Shown here in pieces: positions 9,223 to 18,964 of a DNA stretch of 64,000 nt (its first letter is position 1; each line of letters starts with the position of its first letter). This DNA comes from Candidatus Peregrinibacteria bacterium (lineage in GTDB: Bacteria; Patescibacteriota; Gracilibacteria; UM-FILTER-43-11): the NCBI GenBank assembly GCA_016932495.1, contig JAFGCR010000011.1:4973-68972 (forward strand), read 5' to 3'. Made by a program: the position numbers and the translations under genes. The notes beneath the pieces are model-generated. The model worked only from the letters and a program-made list of their open reading frames with translations, was not told where the DNA came from and made no database searches.

Positions 9223-9874
9223 AAATGGGCCTATTCTGCATAATGTTAGTGTGTCTATTGTCGGGAGATCATTTAATTGTGCAAAAGTCTGTTAAAAGTT
9301 TCTTATAGTTTCCTGTTTTGTGCACAACTATTAACTCTTTTGGCTTATTTGGGTGGTTTCCAGGTGTTGTTTTATTTAAGGGGTTTCCTGATTTTTCTCG
9401 ACATTTTTTCCACAAGTTATGCACATTTTATTAACATTTTTGTCGATTTTTATTGTCGATTTTTTGTGTTCGGGATTTTTGGCTTGTTGGACAATAAAAA
9501 ACAGTTTGGCTAAAAAATCTGACGTTGTTTTTTTGGCTTGTTGACAGGCTGTCGATTTGAGAAATAGTTGTTTTGGTGTAATTTGTTTAATTTAAGCCAA
9601 AGATCATCTTTTTTGTATGAACAAAAAAATCATTCAATTGTTCGTTATTTGTTTTGGGCTTAACCAAAAAACACCCACCCCCCAATTCACCACATCTTTT
9701 ATTCCTGGTCAACACCCCAATATGACGACGAAAATTAATATTTAAAATATAAAAAATAAACGTATGTGTAAAAATCATTTGCTTTAAGCCAATAAAATAA
9801 ATAAAATAAATATGGCGTGGTTAAGAGGTATTACCTCAACATCGCTTAATATTTTGTCTAACTTTTTATAGGCA
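9223..9874. other. candidate chromosomal origin (oriC) upstream of dnaN
   Basis: 650-bp non-coding, AT-rich region. Four exact matches to TTWTNCACA / TGTGNAWAA at 9278-9286, 9406-9414, 9417-9425 and 9765-9773. A/T-only runs at about 9730-9760 and 9790-9812. Short direct repeats TGTCGATTTTT x2 and TTTTTGGCTTGTTG x2. Confidence 0.5.
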
Positions 9875-10978
9875 ATGCGTTTAACCTGTTTACAAAAAGA
9901 TTTTGCCACCGCCTTAAGTATCACCAACAAAGCCGTTGGGGTTAATAACACCCTCCCCGTGCTTAATAATGTATTGGTGAAGGCAGAAGGTAAAAAACTG
10001 TATTTTACCACCACTGATCTTGAAATAGCTATTAGTTATTGGATCGAAGCAGACATCCAAAATGAAGGAGAGATCACAATTCCCTCAAAGCTTTTGACCA
10101 ACTACGTCAACTATTTAAAAGATGACAAAGTGGACGTGTCTGTTGAAGAGGGGGATGCTGTTATGATTAAAACAGCCGATTCCAAGACCAAGATCAAGGG
10201 GATATCAGCCAACGAATTTCCCGCCATCCCAGCCGTTGAGAAAGAGGGGGCTTTCACCATCACCACAAAAGACCTTAATTCGGCGATCAACCAAGTGGCT
10301 TTTGCCGCCGCTCTTAACACAACGCGGCCCATTCTCACCGGTGTTTATTTTAATATCATTAAAAATGAATTAAAAATGGTGGCCACCGACAGCTATCGCC
10401 TGGCTGAAAAAACCATCAAGGTGGCTGATGTCGCTGGGGATATTTCCTGTATTGTTCCCGTTAAAACCATGCTGGAGATCGGCACCATCCTGTCTTCTTT
10501 TAAAAGTGACCATAAAATAGAAGTTATTGTGTCGAAAAATCAAATTTTCTTCAGCGCCGACAAAACCAAGATCACTTCACGGCTGATTGAAGGGCAATTC
10601 CCCAACTACCAACAAGTCATCCCCAAAGACAGCAAAACCAAAATTACCCTCAATGTGCCCGAATTAAGCCTGGTCTTAAAGCGTATTAATCTTTTTGCCA
10701 GAGAAAACAACAACAAGATTTTACTGAAAGTCAGCTCCTCTGGCATGATGGTGACCACTGATACCACCCAGTATGGCGTTGGTGAGGTCGACATAAAAAC
10801 CAAAACAGAGGGGGAAAAGAACGAAATCGCCCTTAATTCACAATTTTTATTGGAAGTTTTGGGTAGTGTGGGGGCCAGTGAAGTTATTATTGAACTTGGG
10901 GAAAAAACATCCCCAGCTATTGTGCGCATTGGCGGCAAAGATGATTATATCCACATCATTATGCCGCTTAAAATTTAA
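9875..10978 (+). CDS. dnaN: DNA polymerase III beta sliding clamp
   Basis: 367 aa. N-terminus of the ...L..AL......V....TLP.L..VL..A type, and typical three-domain length. Confidence 0.95.
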   Translation: MRLTCLQKDFATALSITNKAVGVNNTLPVLNNVLVKAEGKKLYFTTTDLEIAISYWIEADIQNEGEITIPSKLLTNYVNYLKDDKVDVSVEEGDAVMIKTADSKTKIKGISANEFPAIPAVEKEGAFTITTKDLNSAINQVAFAAALNTTRPILTGVYFNIIKNELKMVATDSYRLAEKTIKVADVAGDISCIVPVKTMLEIGTILSSFKSDHKIEVIVSKNQIFFSADKTKITSRLIEGQFPNYQQVIPKDSKTKITLNVPELSLVLKRINLFARENNNKILLKVSSSGMMVTTDTTQYGVGEVDIKTKTEGEKNEIALNSQFLLEVLGSVGASEVIIELGEKTSPAIVRIGGKDDYIHIIMPLKI

Positions 10979-11035
10979 TCCTTATAATGCCGCAACTACA
11001 TCATAGTAAATAATTATTAACATGTAACACCCGGC

Positions 11036-14000
11036 ATGGAACTTTTCCTGCCAGGGGATTGTCTATTGCGTGTTGCCCAAATGAACATTTATTCCCATTT
11101 CCCGAAAGGGGCCCATCGTGAGATCTTCCAGACCATCCAGCCCAACCAGCCACTGGTTGTTTCTGGTGTGGGGAATATCAGCGCGAAGGGATATTTGGTG
11201 AGTGATTATATAAATACCCAAAAGCCCAGGAATATTTTTTGGCTCACCAACGACAACAAAGACATCTATGACCTCAAAAACAACCTTCCTTTCTGGTCTG
11301 ATTATTTGACAGTGGCGCTTGATCAGCTTCAGCAGGAACATCAGGATGATTACCGGATCACCGAGACCATCATCAACCTACACCAACGACGTTCCAGAAT
11401 ATATTTACTGAATTATAAAGATATCAATACCCACCTCCCCACCCACCAGGAGCTGGTCGAACAGGGGGTTGTGGTGACAAGCGGGCAGGAAATGCGGACA
11501 GTGGAATTTTTTAACCACCTTATCCAGATGGGCTACCAGCCCAGCGCCGATGTCACCCTCAAAAAAGGTGAATACCGCCGGTCCGGCGGAGTGGTCAATG
11601 TGTTCCCCCCCAATGCAGAGAATCTCATCAAAATCGAAGTCGATTATGAAAAGGTAGCTGGGATCTGGTTTTATAACCAGGAGACAAAGCAGTTGGGTGA
11701 AAAATTGGCGAAGGCGGACTTTCTCCCTATCAATGTCGCCGGCACCAGCGAAACGACGATTTTGGACCACTTAGGGAGTGATGATCTGCTGGTCATTGAT
11801 GATATTGATGAACAGACAGATGAATTTATGGGAGCAATGGACAAAACACCCGCCCAAAAACTTTTTTTCACCTCCTTCCCCCAAAATGATCAGCCCTATT
11901 TCCACCTTCGTTATTTGTCTGTTTTAAAATACTACAGTGTTTTTGATCTGCTTAATGATCTGCGGGACAAAATCCAGCGGGACTGGAAAATCAACATCCT
12001 TACCAAGCGTGCCAAAGAGCTGGCTACCATTTTTGATGAAGAAAATATTCAGTTTGTCACCCAGAATAAATTGAATGCCAAAGTGGTGATCGTGGATGCG
12101 GGTGACCTGGAACACGTCCCCACCTCTTTCCAGAACCCTGAGCTGAAAATCCAGCTGCTGACCGACAAGGAGATTTTTAACCTCAAAAGATCCGCCCGCA
12201 CCAAGACGGGCCAAAAGATCAACCTCGATTTTCTGACCGGTCTGCGCGTTGGGGATCTGGTGGTGCATTTAGACCACGGCATTGGCCGGTTTTTGGGGGT
12301 GGACACCAAAACCATTGATGATATCAACCGTGAATATCTGGAAATCGGTTACGCGGAAAATGACCGCCTGTTCGTTCCCATCGATCAGGCCGACAAGATT
12401 AGTAAATATGTCGGGGGGGAGGAGCATGAACCTCAGCTGACCCGCCTTGGCTCCGTTGAATGGAAAAATGTCAGCCAGAAAGTGAAGGTGGAAACCCAGA
12501 AGGTCGCCAAAGAATTATTGGAACTATTTGCTAAGCGCGCCAGGGTTAAGGGCCACAATTATGGTCCGGATTCCGAAGAACAGCGACGGTTTGAAGCCCA
12601 ATTCCCCTATGAGGAGACCCCTGGCCAGATGAAGGCCATCCAGGACGTTAAGGCGGATATGGAAACCGACCAGCCGATGGACCGGTTGGTCTGCGGGGAT
12701 GTCGGTTTCGGGAAAACTGAGGTGGCAATGCGGGGGGCCTTTAAGGCCGTCCAGGCCGGCAAACAAGTGGCTTTTGTGTCACCCATCACTATCCTGGCGG
12801 ACCAGCATTACAAAACCTTTTTAAAGCGCGCAGAGGGGTTTGGGACCCGCATTGAAATGCTGAGCAGGTTCCGCTCCACTAAGGAACAGCGCGAGATTGT
12901 TGAGCGCCTCAGGAAGGGGGATATTGATATTATCATCGGCACCCATCGGCTGTTCCAGCCGGATGTTAAATTTCTGGATCTGGGCCTGGTGATCATCGAC
13001 GAAGAACAGCGGTTTGGGGTGAAGCAGAAAGAAAAGTTCAAAGCCCTGCGCAGCCATGTTGATATCCTGACTCTGACAGCCACCCCCATCCCCCGGACAC
13101 TGAACTTGGCGCTTAATAAGCTGCGTGATATTTCGACTATCACTACTCCACCCCCCGGTCGCCTGCCGATCATTACAGAAGTGCGGCGATACAGCGACCA
13201 TCTGATCGTTGACGCCATCCAAAAAGAAATCAGCCGTGCAGGGCAGGTTTATTTTTTACACAACCGCGTGGAGACCATTGAAAGTATTGCCGAGAAGTTG
13301 CGCAAAATGATGCCGGAAATTAAATTTATAGTGGCTCACGGCAAATTAAATCCTGCTGACCTGGAGGCCCGCATCCTTAAATTTAAGAATAAGGAAGTGG
13401 ACGTGCTGGTTTCCTCCACGATTATTGAAAATGGCATCGATCTGCCGAACGCCAATACACTGATTGTGGACGACGCGGAGAACTTCGGGCTGGCCCAGCT
13501 GTATCAGCTGCGGGGGCGGATCGGCCGCAGTAAGACACAGGCCTATGCCTATTTTCTGTATCAGGCGCGCCAACTCCGGCTGGATGCCAAAAAACGATTG
13601 CGGGCCATTGTGGACGCGAGTGAGCTGGGATCCGGTTTCCAAATCGCCCTGCGCGACCTGGAAATACGGGGGGCTGGAGATATTTTGGGGATCAACCAGC
13701 ATGGCACCATCCGTGTGGTGGGGGTGAACCACTTTCTGCGCATGCTCAACAAAACCATTGAAGACATCCAGGGCGGCCGCGGCATCGAAGAAAAGGAAGA
13801 AAAACAGGATGTTACCATTGAATTGCCGCTGGAAGCTTACATTCCCGACAAATACATTCCTGACACCAAAGACAAGATCAATGTATACCAAAAACTTTCG
13901 TCGGTTACCACACTCGAGCTTTTGGAGGAATTTAAGGAAGACCTTGTCGCTGAATACGGCCAGTTCCATAAGCAGGTCAGCAATCTGTTCCAAGTTCTGA

Positions 14001-14257
14001 AGATCAAGATTTTTGCCAAGATGGCCGGCATCGTCCATGTAAAAGCCCTTACTATGGGCAACGGCGGCAAACAGATTGTTCTCCATCTGGGCCCCTCTGT
14101 CACCGCTGAGCCCATCGTCAATCTGCTCAAATACAATCCCAAATGGCTGGTGAGCGGGGATAAGCTGAAAATCGATATGAAGGAGCTGGGTTTCAATTGG
14201 GTAGAAGTGCTTAAAAAAGATATAAAAAGATTGATTTTAAAGGAAAAGACCGTTTAA
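11036..14257 (+). CDS. mfd: transcription-repair coupling factor
   Basis: 1073 aa. GDVGFGKTEVAMR (Walker A), DEEQRFGV (DEEQ box) and QLRGRIGRS helicase motifs. Confidence 0.95.
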   Translation: MELFLPGDCLLRVAQMNIYSHFPKGAHREIFQTIQPNQPLVVSGVGNISAKGYLVSDYINTQKPRNIFWLTNDNKDIYDLKNNLPFWSDYLTVALDQLQQEHQDDYRITETIINLHQRRSRIYLLNYKDINTHLPTHQELVEQGVVVTSGQEMRTVEFFNHLIQMGYQPSADVTLKKGEYRRSGGVVNVFPPNAENLIKIEVDYEKVAGIWFYNQETKQLGEKLAKADFLPINVAGTSETTILDHLGSDDLLVIDDIDEQTDEFMGAMDKTPAQKLFFTSFPQNDQPYFHLRYLSVLKYYSVFDLLNDLRDKIQRDWKINILTKRAKELATIFDEENIQFVTQNKLNAKVVIVDAGDLEHVPTSFQNPELKIQLLTDKEIFNLKRSARTKTGQKINLDFLTGLRVGDLVVHLDHGIGRFLGVDTKTIDDINREYLEIGYAENDRLFVPIDQADKISKYVGGEEHEPQLTRLGSVEWKNVSQKVKVETQKVAKELLELFAKRARVKGHNYGPDSEEQRRFEAQFPYEETPGQMKAIQDVKADMETDQPMDRLVCGDVGFGKTEVAMRGAFKAVQAGKQVAFVSPITILADQHYKTFLKRAEGFGTRIEMLSRFRSTKEQREIVERLRKGDIDIIIGTHRLFQPDVKFLDLGLVIIDEEQRFGVKQKEKFKALRSHVDILTLTATPIPRTLNLALNKLRDISTITTPPPGRLPIITEVRRYSDHLIVDAIQKEISRAGQVYFLHNRVETIESIAEKLRKMMPEIKFIVAHGKLNPADLEARILKFKNKEVDVLVSSTIIENGIDLPNANTLIVDDAENFGLAQLYQLRGRIGRSKTQAYAYFLYQARQLRLDAKKRLRAIVDASELGSGFQIALRDLEIRGAGDILGINQHGTIRVVGVNHFLRMLNKTIEDIQGGRGIEEKEEKQDVTIELPLEAYIPDKYIPDTKDKINVYQKLSSVTTLELLEEFKEDLVAEYGQFHKQVSNLFQVLKIKIFAKMAGIVHVKALTMGNGGKQIVLHLGPSVTAEPIVNLLKYNPKWLVSGDKLKIDMKELGFNWVEVLKKDIKRLILKEKTV

Positions 14258-14267
14258 CTTGAATGGC

Positions 14268-17200
14268 ATGAAAAAGAAAGATTTTTTAAACCTTTGGCTG
14301 CGGCTGAAACACGAGGCCGCGGGCGCCAAAGAAAAGCCCCGCAGGATTTTGAAATGGATCAAGTGGCTCTTTGTTGCGTTTGTCGTGGGGTGCACGGCCA
14401 TAGGGGTCATCGTGCTGCTAATGGTCCTGCCCAATTTGCCGGACATCGACAATATCCACAATCTCGTGGCCGCCCAGTCCAGCGCGATTTATGACCGCGA
14501 AGGGAACCTGCTTTATACGATTCACGGTGAAGAGAACCGGGAAAGCATTGCGCTTGCCGATGTGCCCCAGTACGCTATCGACGCGGTTCTGGCGATTGAA
14601 GATGATCGGTTTTATGAGCATGGCGGGGTCGACTTTTTAGCGGTCATGAAAGCGGTATGCCACGAGGTCCACATCTGTTCCACCCCCCGTGGCGGCTCTA
14701 CCATCACCCAGCAGTTTATTAAAAACGCTTTTTTGAGTTCCGAACGGACTTATACGCGCAAACTGAAGGAAATCATCATGGCGCTCCAGCTGGAAAGTCG
14801 GTTTACCAAAGATGAGATTTTAGAGATGTACCTGAACCGGATTCCCTATGGTTCGAGCGTTTATGGTATTGAGCGGGCTGCCAAGGCTTTTTACGGCGAG
14901 CCAGCCAAAGAACTGACCTTGGCTGAAGGCGCTGTTCTGGCCGCTATCCCCAAGGCGCCCACTTATTTCAGTCCTTACGGTGATTACAAATACGCTGCCA
15001 TCAATGTCGGCGCGGAAGAAATCGTCAAAATGAATATCCGTTCCGAACAAGATCTGGTCGATATCAATCCTGATTTCATCAGCAAGGGCCTGCTTGGTAA
15101 AACTTATTACTTTGGGGCTTGTGAGGAGGAAGGGGGAGACGGAGCGGGGGGAGAGGTCATTGAAGAAGGGGGGCCGTCCGGAGAGTGCTATAGCATTTAT
15201 GTAAAAGGCCGTGTGGATTATGTTTTAGGCCGGATGCTTGAACTGGGCTACATTACTCAGGACCAATATGACCAGGGAGCAGAGGAGGCCAAAACCCTTG
15301 AATTTATTCCTTTTGTCGAAGAAATCGAGGCCCCTCATTTTGTTATGTATGTACGCCAGATCCTGGAAGAAAAATATGGCAAGGAACAAATCGAAAAAGG
15401 AGGGCTTAAAATCACAACCACCATCGACCCAAGGCTGCAGGAAGCCGCCGAGGAGTCTGTTGCCGCCTACGCTGAAAAAAACCTGACGAATTACAAGGCT
15501 ACCAATGCTAGCCTGGTAGCTATCGACCCCAACAACGGCCAGATTTTAGCCATGGTCGGTTCAGTCGACTATTGGAACGATGAAATCGACGGAAAGGTCA
15601 ATGTCGCCTTGCGCCCCCGCCTGCCAGGGTCTTCCTTCAAGCCTATTTCCTACGCGGCGGCTTTTTTGCAGGGTTACGCGCCAAGCACTGTTTTATATGA
15701 CGTGAGGACGAAGTTCGGTGGCTGGTATGAGCCTGAGAATTACGACGGTGAATACCGGGGCCCTGTCACCATGCGTCAGGCTCTGGCACATTCACTTAAT
15801 ATTCCTGCCGTTAAAGCAGGTTCTCTGGCGGGCATCCCCAACGTACTGGACCTGGCACGCAAAATGGGTATACAGCTGAACCAGCCTGATGACTGGTACG
15901 GCCTTTCTCTTTCCCTGGGGGCGGGTGAGGCGCGCCTGCTCGATATGGTGTCTGCCTACAGTATTTTTGCGAACGGGGGCTATAAAATGGATTCGGTTGC
16001 CGTCCTAAAAGTCGAAGATCATAATGGGAACATTTTGGAGGAGTACCAATCCCCTCAAAATCGCACCCTGATTCTAGATCCCCAGGTGGCTTATCTGATC
16101 AACAATGTACTGAGCGATGTGGAGGCCCGGCCTGAGGGCTGGTGGCGCCAGCGGCTCAGCATCCCCGGCCAGGTGAATGGTGCTAAAACCGGCACTTCTA
16201 ATAAAGAACGGGGCGAGATCAACATTCCCCTTGATACCTGGACACTCGGTTATACTAAACGGATTGCGGCCGGCGTGTGGGCTGGGAACAATGATGGGAC
16301 CCCCCTGAGCTTTAAAGCAAGCGGTCTGGACGCGGCCGGGGGCATCTGGCATGATTTTATGGCTGAGGCCACTAAAGACTTCCCGCGCGAAGAATTTGAG
16401 CGTCCAGAGGGCATCAAATGGGTCCGCATTTCTGAAAAGACCGGTAAACTTCCTTCGGAGCATACCCCTGAAAACGCTATCAAGACCGGTGTTTTCGCCA
16501 GCTTTTCTGTTCCCCGCGATTACGATACCTCTTACCGTCTTGTTAAAATCGATAAAGTTTCCGGTAAGCTGGCGACCGAATACACCCCCGAGGCCGCCAT
16601 TGAAGAGCGTCCCTATTTTGAACACCATTCTATTCTGCCGGATAACGACAATTGGGAATCCGCTGTCCGCCAGTGGGCTAAAGAAAATGATCAGGACGAA
16701 CCTATCCCGACTGAATACGATGATGTTCACACACCTGAAACCATGAACATGAAGCCCGAAATCGTTATTACCTCCCCCAAAAACCTGTCTACCGTCAGCG
16801 CGCCGTTTATCGGGGTGTGGCCAAAGATCGACTCCCCGGCCGGCGTGGTTAAGGTTGAATATTATTGGGATGGGGAATTGTACGATACGGCCGGTCAGGC
16901 GCCGTTTAAAGGCAGTCTGCAGATCTCCGCGCGTGACAACAAAAAGGGGTCTGAACACACCATTAAAGCCATTGTATACGACACATGGTATCGTTCCAGC
17001 CAGTCTTCTATTAATGTCAAAATAGGAGATGATGAAGTCTCCCCTATTATCGATTTTTCTTATCCGGGAGATGGGGCGCGGCTGGATGCCGGTGCTTCGA
17101 TGGCCACGCAGGTGCAAGCTTCCGATCCGAATGGGGATATTCTTAAAATCGAATTTTATATGGACGGCGATCTCAAAGAGATCGTCCGCCAGCCCCCTTA

Positions 17201-17642
17201 TTTGTGGCAGTTTACTGTGCCGGACGAATTGGGTCCTCATACGATTCGCGCGGTGGCTTATGACCATGCTAAAAATTCTGCCAGCGCCTCCATTACCATC
17301 ACCTCCAAAACGTCCGAGGCCGCTTTGCAGGGGGGTGCTTCGCGGATCCTTGAGCCTTATCGCAATGAATCTTTTTCTGAGGGCAGACGTGTACTGGTCA
17401 AAGCGTACCTTAGCAACGATGATCGTAAGCAGTTGAAGGAGTTGGTTATTTCTGCCAAGAAGAAAGGTGAGAAATCAATTGAGATTGCTAAGGCGATTGG
17501 TGATACAGGTGTGGGTGGTGCTTATATTTACACTTTTATCTGGGATTCTGCTCCCGCCGGTACTTATGAGCTTCAGATGAAAGTGGTCCTGCAGGACGAA
17601 AAAATCCGCTTCAGCCAGCGGGTGCCGATTGTGGTGCGGTAA
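14268..17642 (+). CDS. class A penicillin-binding protein (glycosyltransferase + transpeptidase) with a long C-terminal Ig-like extension
   Basis: EDDRFYEHGGVD, GGSTITQQ, SSFKP, KTGTS. The ORF opens with TTG at 14259, but ATG at 14268 is the more likely start. The C-terminal region of about 330 aa is beta-rich and repeated. Confidence 0.9.
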   Translation: MKKKDFLNLWLRLKHEAAGAKEKPRRILKWIKWLFVAFVVGCTAIGVIVLLMVLPNLPDIDNIHNLVAAQSSAIYDREGNLLYTIHGEENRESIALADVPQYAIDAVLAIEDDRFYEHGGVDFLAVMKAVCHEVHICSTPRGGSTITQQFIKNAFLSSERTYTRKLKEIIMALQLESRFTKDEILEMYLNRIPYGSSVYGIERAAKAFYGEPAKELTLAEGAVLAAIPKAPTYFSPYGDYKYAAINVGAEEIVKMNIRSEQDLVDINPDFISKGLLGKTYYFGACEEEGGDGAGGEVIEEGGPSGECYSIYVKGRVDYVLGRMLELGYITQDQYDQGAEEAKTLEFIPFVEEIEAPHFVMYVRQILEEKYGKEQIEKGGLKITTTIDPRLQEAAEESVAAYAEKNLTNYKATNASLVAIDPNNGQILAMVGSVDYWNDEIDGKVNVALRPRLPGSSFKPISYAAAFLQGYAPSTVLYDVRTKFGGWYEPENYDGEYRGPVTMRQALAHSLNIPAVKAGSLAGIPNVLDLARKMGIQLNQPDDWYGLSLSLGAGEARLLDMVSAYSIFANGGYKMDSVAVLKVEDHNGNILEEYQSPQNRTLILDPQVAYLINNVLSDVEARPEGWWRQRLSIPGQVNGAKTGTSNKERGEINIPLDTWTLGYTKRIAAGVWAGNNDGTPLSFKASGLDAAGGIWHDFMAEATKDFPREEFERPEGIKWVRISEKTGKLPSEHTPENAIKTGVFASFSVPRDYDTSYRLVKIDKVSGKLATEYTPEAAIEERPYFEHHSILPDNDNWESAVRQWAKENDQDEPIPTEYDDVHTPETMNMKPEIVITSPKNLSTVSAPFIGVWPKIDSPAGVVKVEYYWDGELYDTAGQAPFKGSLQISARDNKKGSEHTIKAIVYDTWYRSSQSSINVKIGDDEVSPIIDFSYPGDGARLDAGASMATQVQASDPNGDILKIEFYMDGDLKEIVRQPPYLWQFTVPDELGPHTIRAVAYDHAKNSASASITITSKTSEAALQGGASRILEPYRNESFSEGRRVLVKAYLSNDDRKQLKELVISAKKKGEKSIEIAKAIGDTGVGGAYIYTFIWDSAPAGTYELQMKVVLQDEKIRFSQRVPIVVR

Positions 17643-17834
17643 ATCTTTTTATCAGCTAGCCGAAGTAGCCCTGCGAAGTTTTATCGCAGGAGGGGTATTT
17701 TGGTATAGCGGAGTGATTTTTGGACAACGTTTGCAGTATATGAGAAGTGGGGCAAGCACATTCAATTTATCATAAATAGGGTGCTTGCGGCATTTGGACG
17801 AAGTCCAAAGTTACAATAATTGCGTGAGCAAACG

Positions 17835-17930
17835 TTGGCGGAGTTTTATATACCGCTGTTGTAGGGCGTATTTCGAAGCACTTAAAATTCACCCGTTCTC
17901 ATTAATATTCATAAATCCACCACCATCTTA
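17835..17930. repeat. mosaic intergenic repeat, copy R1
   Basis: Shares AGCACTTAAAATTCAC (16/16), ATAAATCCAC (10/10) and AAACGTTG with the reverse complement of 18750-18815. Confidence 0.6.
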
Positions 17931-17961
17931 TACGTCCCAGTCGCTAAAACCTCTTAAATAC

Positions 17962-17990
17962 TTGACAGATTAGTACTATTTATTTAAAAT
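17962..17990 (+). promoter_or_regulatory. sigma-70 type promoter TTGACA-N17-TAAAAT
   Basis: -35 at 17962-17967 and -10 at 17985-17990, upstream of the ATG at 18023. Confidence 0.65.
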
Positions 17991-18022
17991 AAAACACCAA
18001 GTAATTTATAATTTATAAAACC

Positions 18023-18700
18023 ATGGCTAAAGATTCAATTGAATTAGCACTTTCAGTCTTAGAAGCTGAAAAAGCCAACCTTACACCTGAACAGCGTGAA
18101 CGTCTTGCTGAATTAACAGAAGCAGGCGAAGATGTCCGTGAAAGTGTAGCAGATACACTTGAAACCAAAGAAAAACGCGAACTTTCCCCTGAACAGGCGG
18201 ATCAGCTTCTCGACACGCTCAAAACCCGCCTTGAGCTTCCTGAAAACGAGAAACTCCGTGAAGCGGTTGATTTTGCTGTTGTTGAAAAATCCCTGCGTGC
18301 CGCCCCGGAAAAAATGTTCGGTCTTTTTAGAATGGAAGAAACCGGCGGTGAGCCTCAGATCATCGGGCTTGACGGCGATGAATTTATATTTGAAGATCGC
18401 TCCAAGGAATCACCTTCAGGCCGCAGAAACCTGGATTTCGACCAAAGCTTGAAACAAGCCGAGGAGTTTGGCGTTGATATGCAGACCCCTGAAGCTTATA
18501 AAGCTATGCAGAAAACCGGTAAATTTGATATGGAAACATGGAGCTGGCTTAAAACGGATCCGGAATACAAAGAAAGAACTGGCCGCGCCTTGCGCGGCCG
18601 CCGTGTCTACGGCGGCGTGCGCGTCAGCGAGGGCTTTGCCGAGGTTCACGCTCCGCGCTTTGGGTGGCGTGCCTCGCTAAGGGTCAAAATGGTTTATTAA
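18023..18700 (+). CDS. DUF4256-like protein
   Basis: 225 aa. My recollection of the family pattern: ...METGGEP.IIG.D...F.F.D.S.ESP.GRR.L..., KTGKFD..TWSWLKT, and C-terminal FGWRASLRV. Confidence 0.65.
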   Translation: MAKDSIELALSVLEAEKANLTPEQRERLAELTEAGEDVRESVADTLETKEKRELSPEQADQLLDTLKTRLELPENEKLREAVDFAVVEKSLRAAPEKMFGLFRMEETGGEPQIIGLDGDEFIFEDRSKESPSGRRNLDFDQSLKQAEEFGVDMQTPEAYKAMQKTGKFDMETWSWLKTDPEYKERTGRALRGRRVYGGVRVSEGFAEVHAPRFGWRASLRVKMVY

Positions 18701-18720
18701 TTTTCGAATTGAATTCTAAG

Positions 18721-18744
18721 AGGTCGCTATGAGGCGACCTTTTT
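18721..18744 (+). terminator. Rho-independent terminator
   Basis: AGGTCGC (18721-18727) pairs with GCGACCT (18734-18740) and is followed by TTTT. Confidence 0.75.
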
Positions 18745-18749
18745 AGTAG

Positions 18750-18960
18750 TGTGGATTTATAAGTTACTAGAGAGTGAATTTTAAGTGCTGAGGAATATGT
18801 ACTACAACGTTTCGGCGTATGCGAAGTTTTGCCGTAGCGTAGCGGAGGCAAAATTTGGGTGAGCATTTGGCGTTAGCCAAGCGCGAACCGCATACGCCGT
18901 GTTATGTGATGTAGTAAAAAGCAAAGCCGACCAACGGGAGGCTTTATGTTTGGGGGAAAA
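18750..18960. repeat. mosaic intergenic repeat, copy R2
   Basis: The outer part is inverted relative to R1. The 18901-18960 part is inverted relative to 19756-19812. It contains a minus-strand terminator-like hairpin: AAAGCC at 18923-18928 pairs with GGCTTT at 18940-18945, with an A-run before it. Confidence 0.6.
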
Positions 18961-18964
18961 TTTA

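Noticed and set aside
9277-9778. Small ORFs 9277..9513 (+) and 9587..9778 (-) in the dnaN upstream spacer
   Set aside because: Their products are Phe/Leu/Ile-rich translations of AT-rich repeats. The region fits an origin or promoter better.
16074-17267. 397-aa antisense ORF inside the PBP gene. Similar cases: 13346..14086 in mfd, 6437..7186 in the nucleotidyltransferase, 60468..61196 in the giant gene and 41565..42128 in ftsW
   Set aside because: They lie fully inside strongly supported genes on the opposite strand, and their translations are low-complexity with no motifs.
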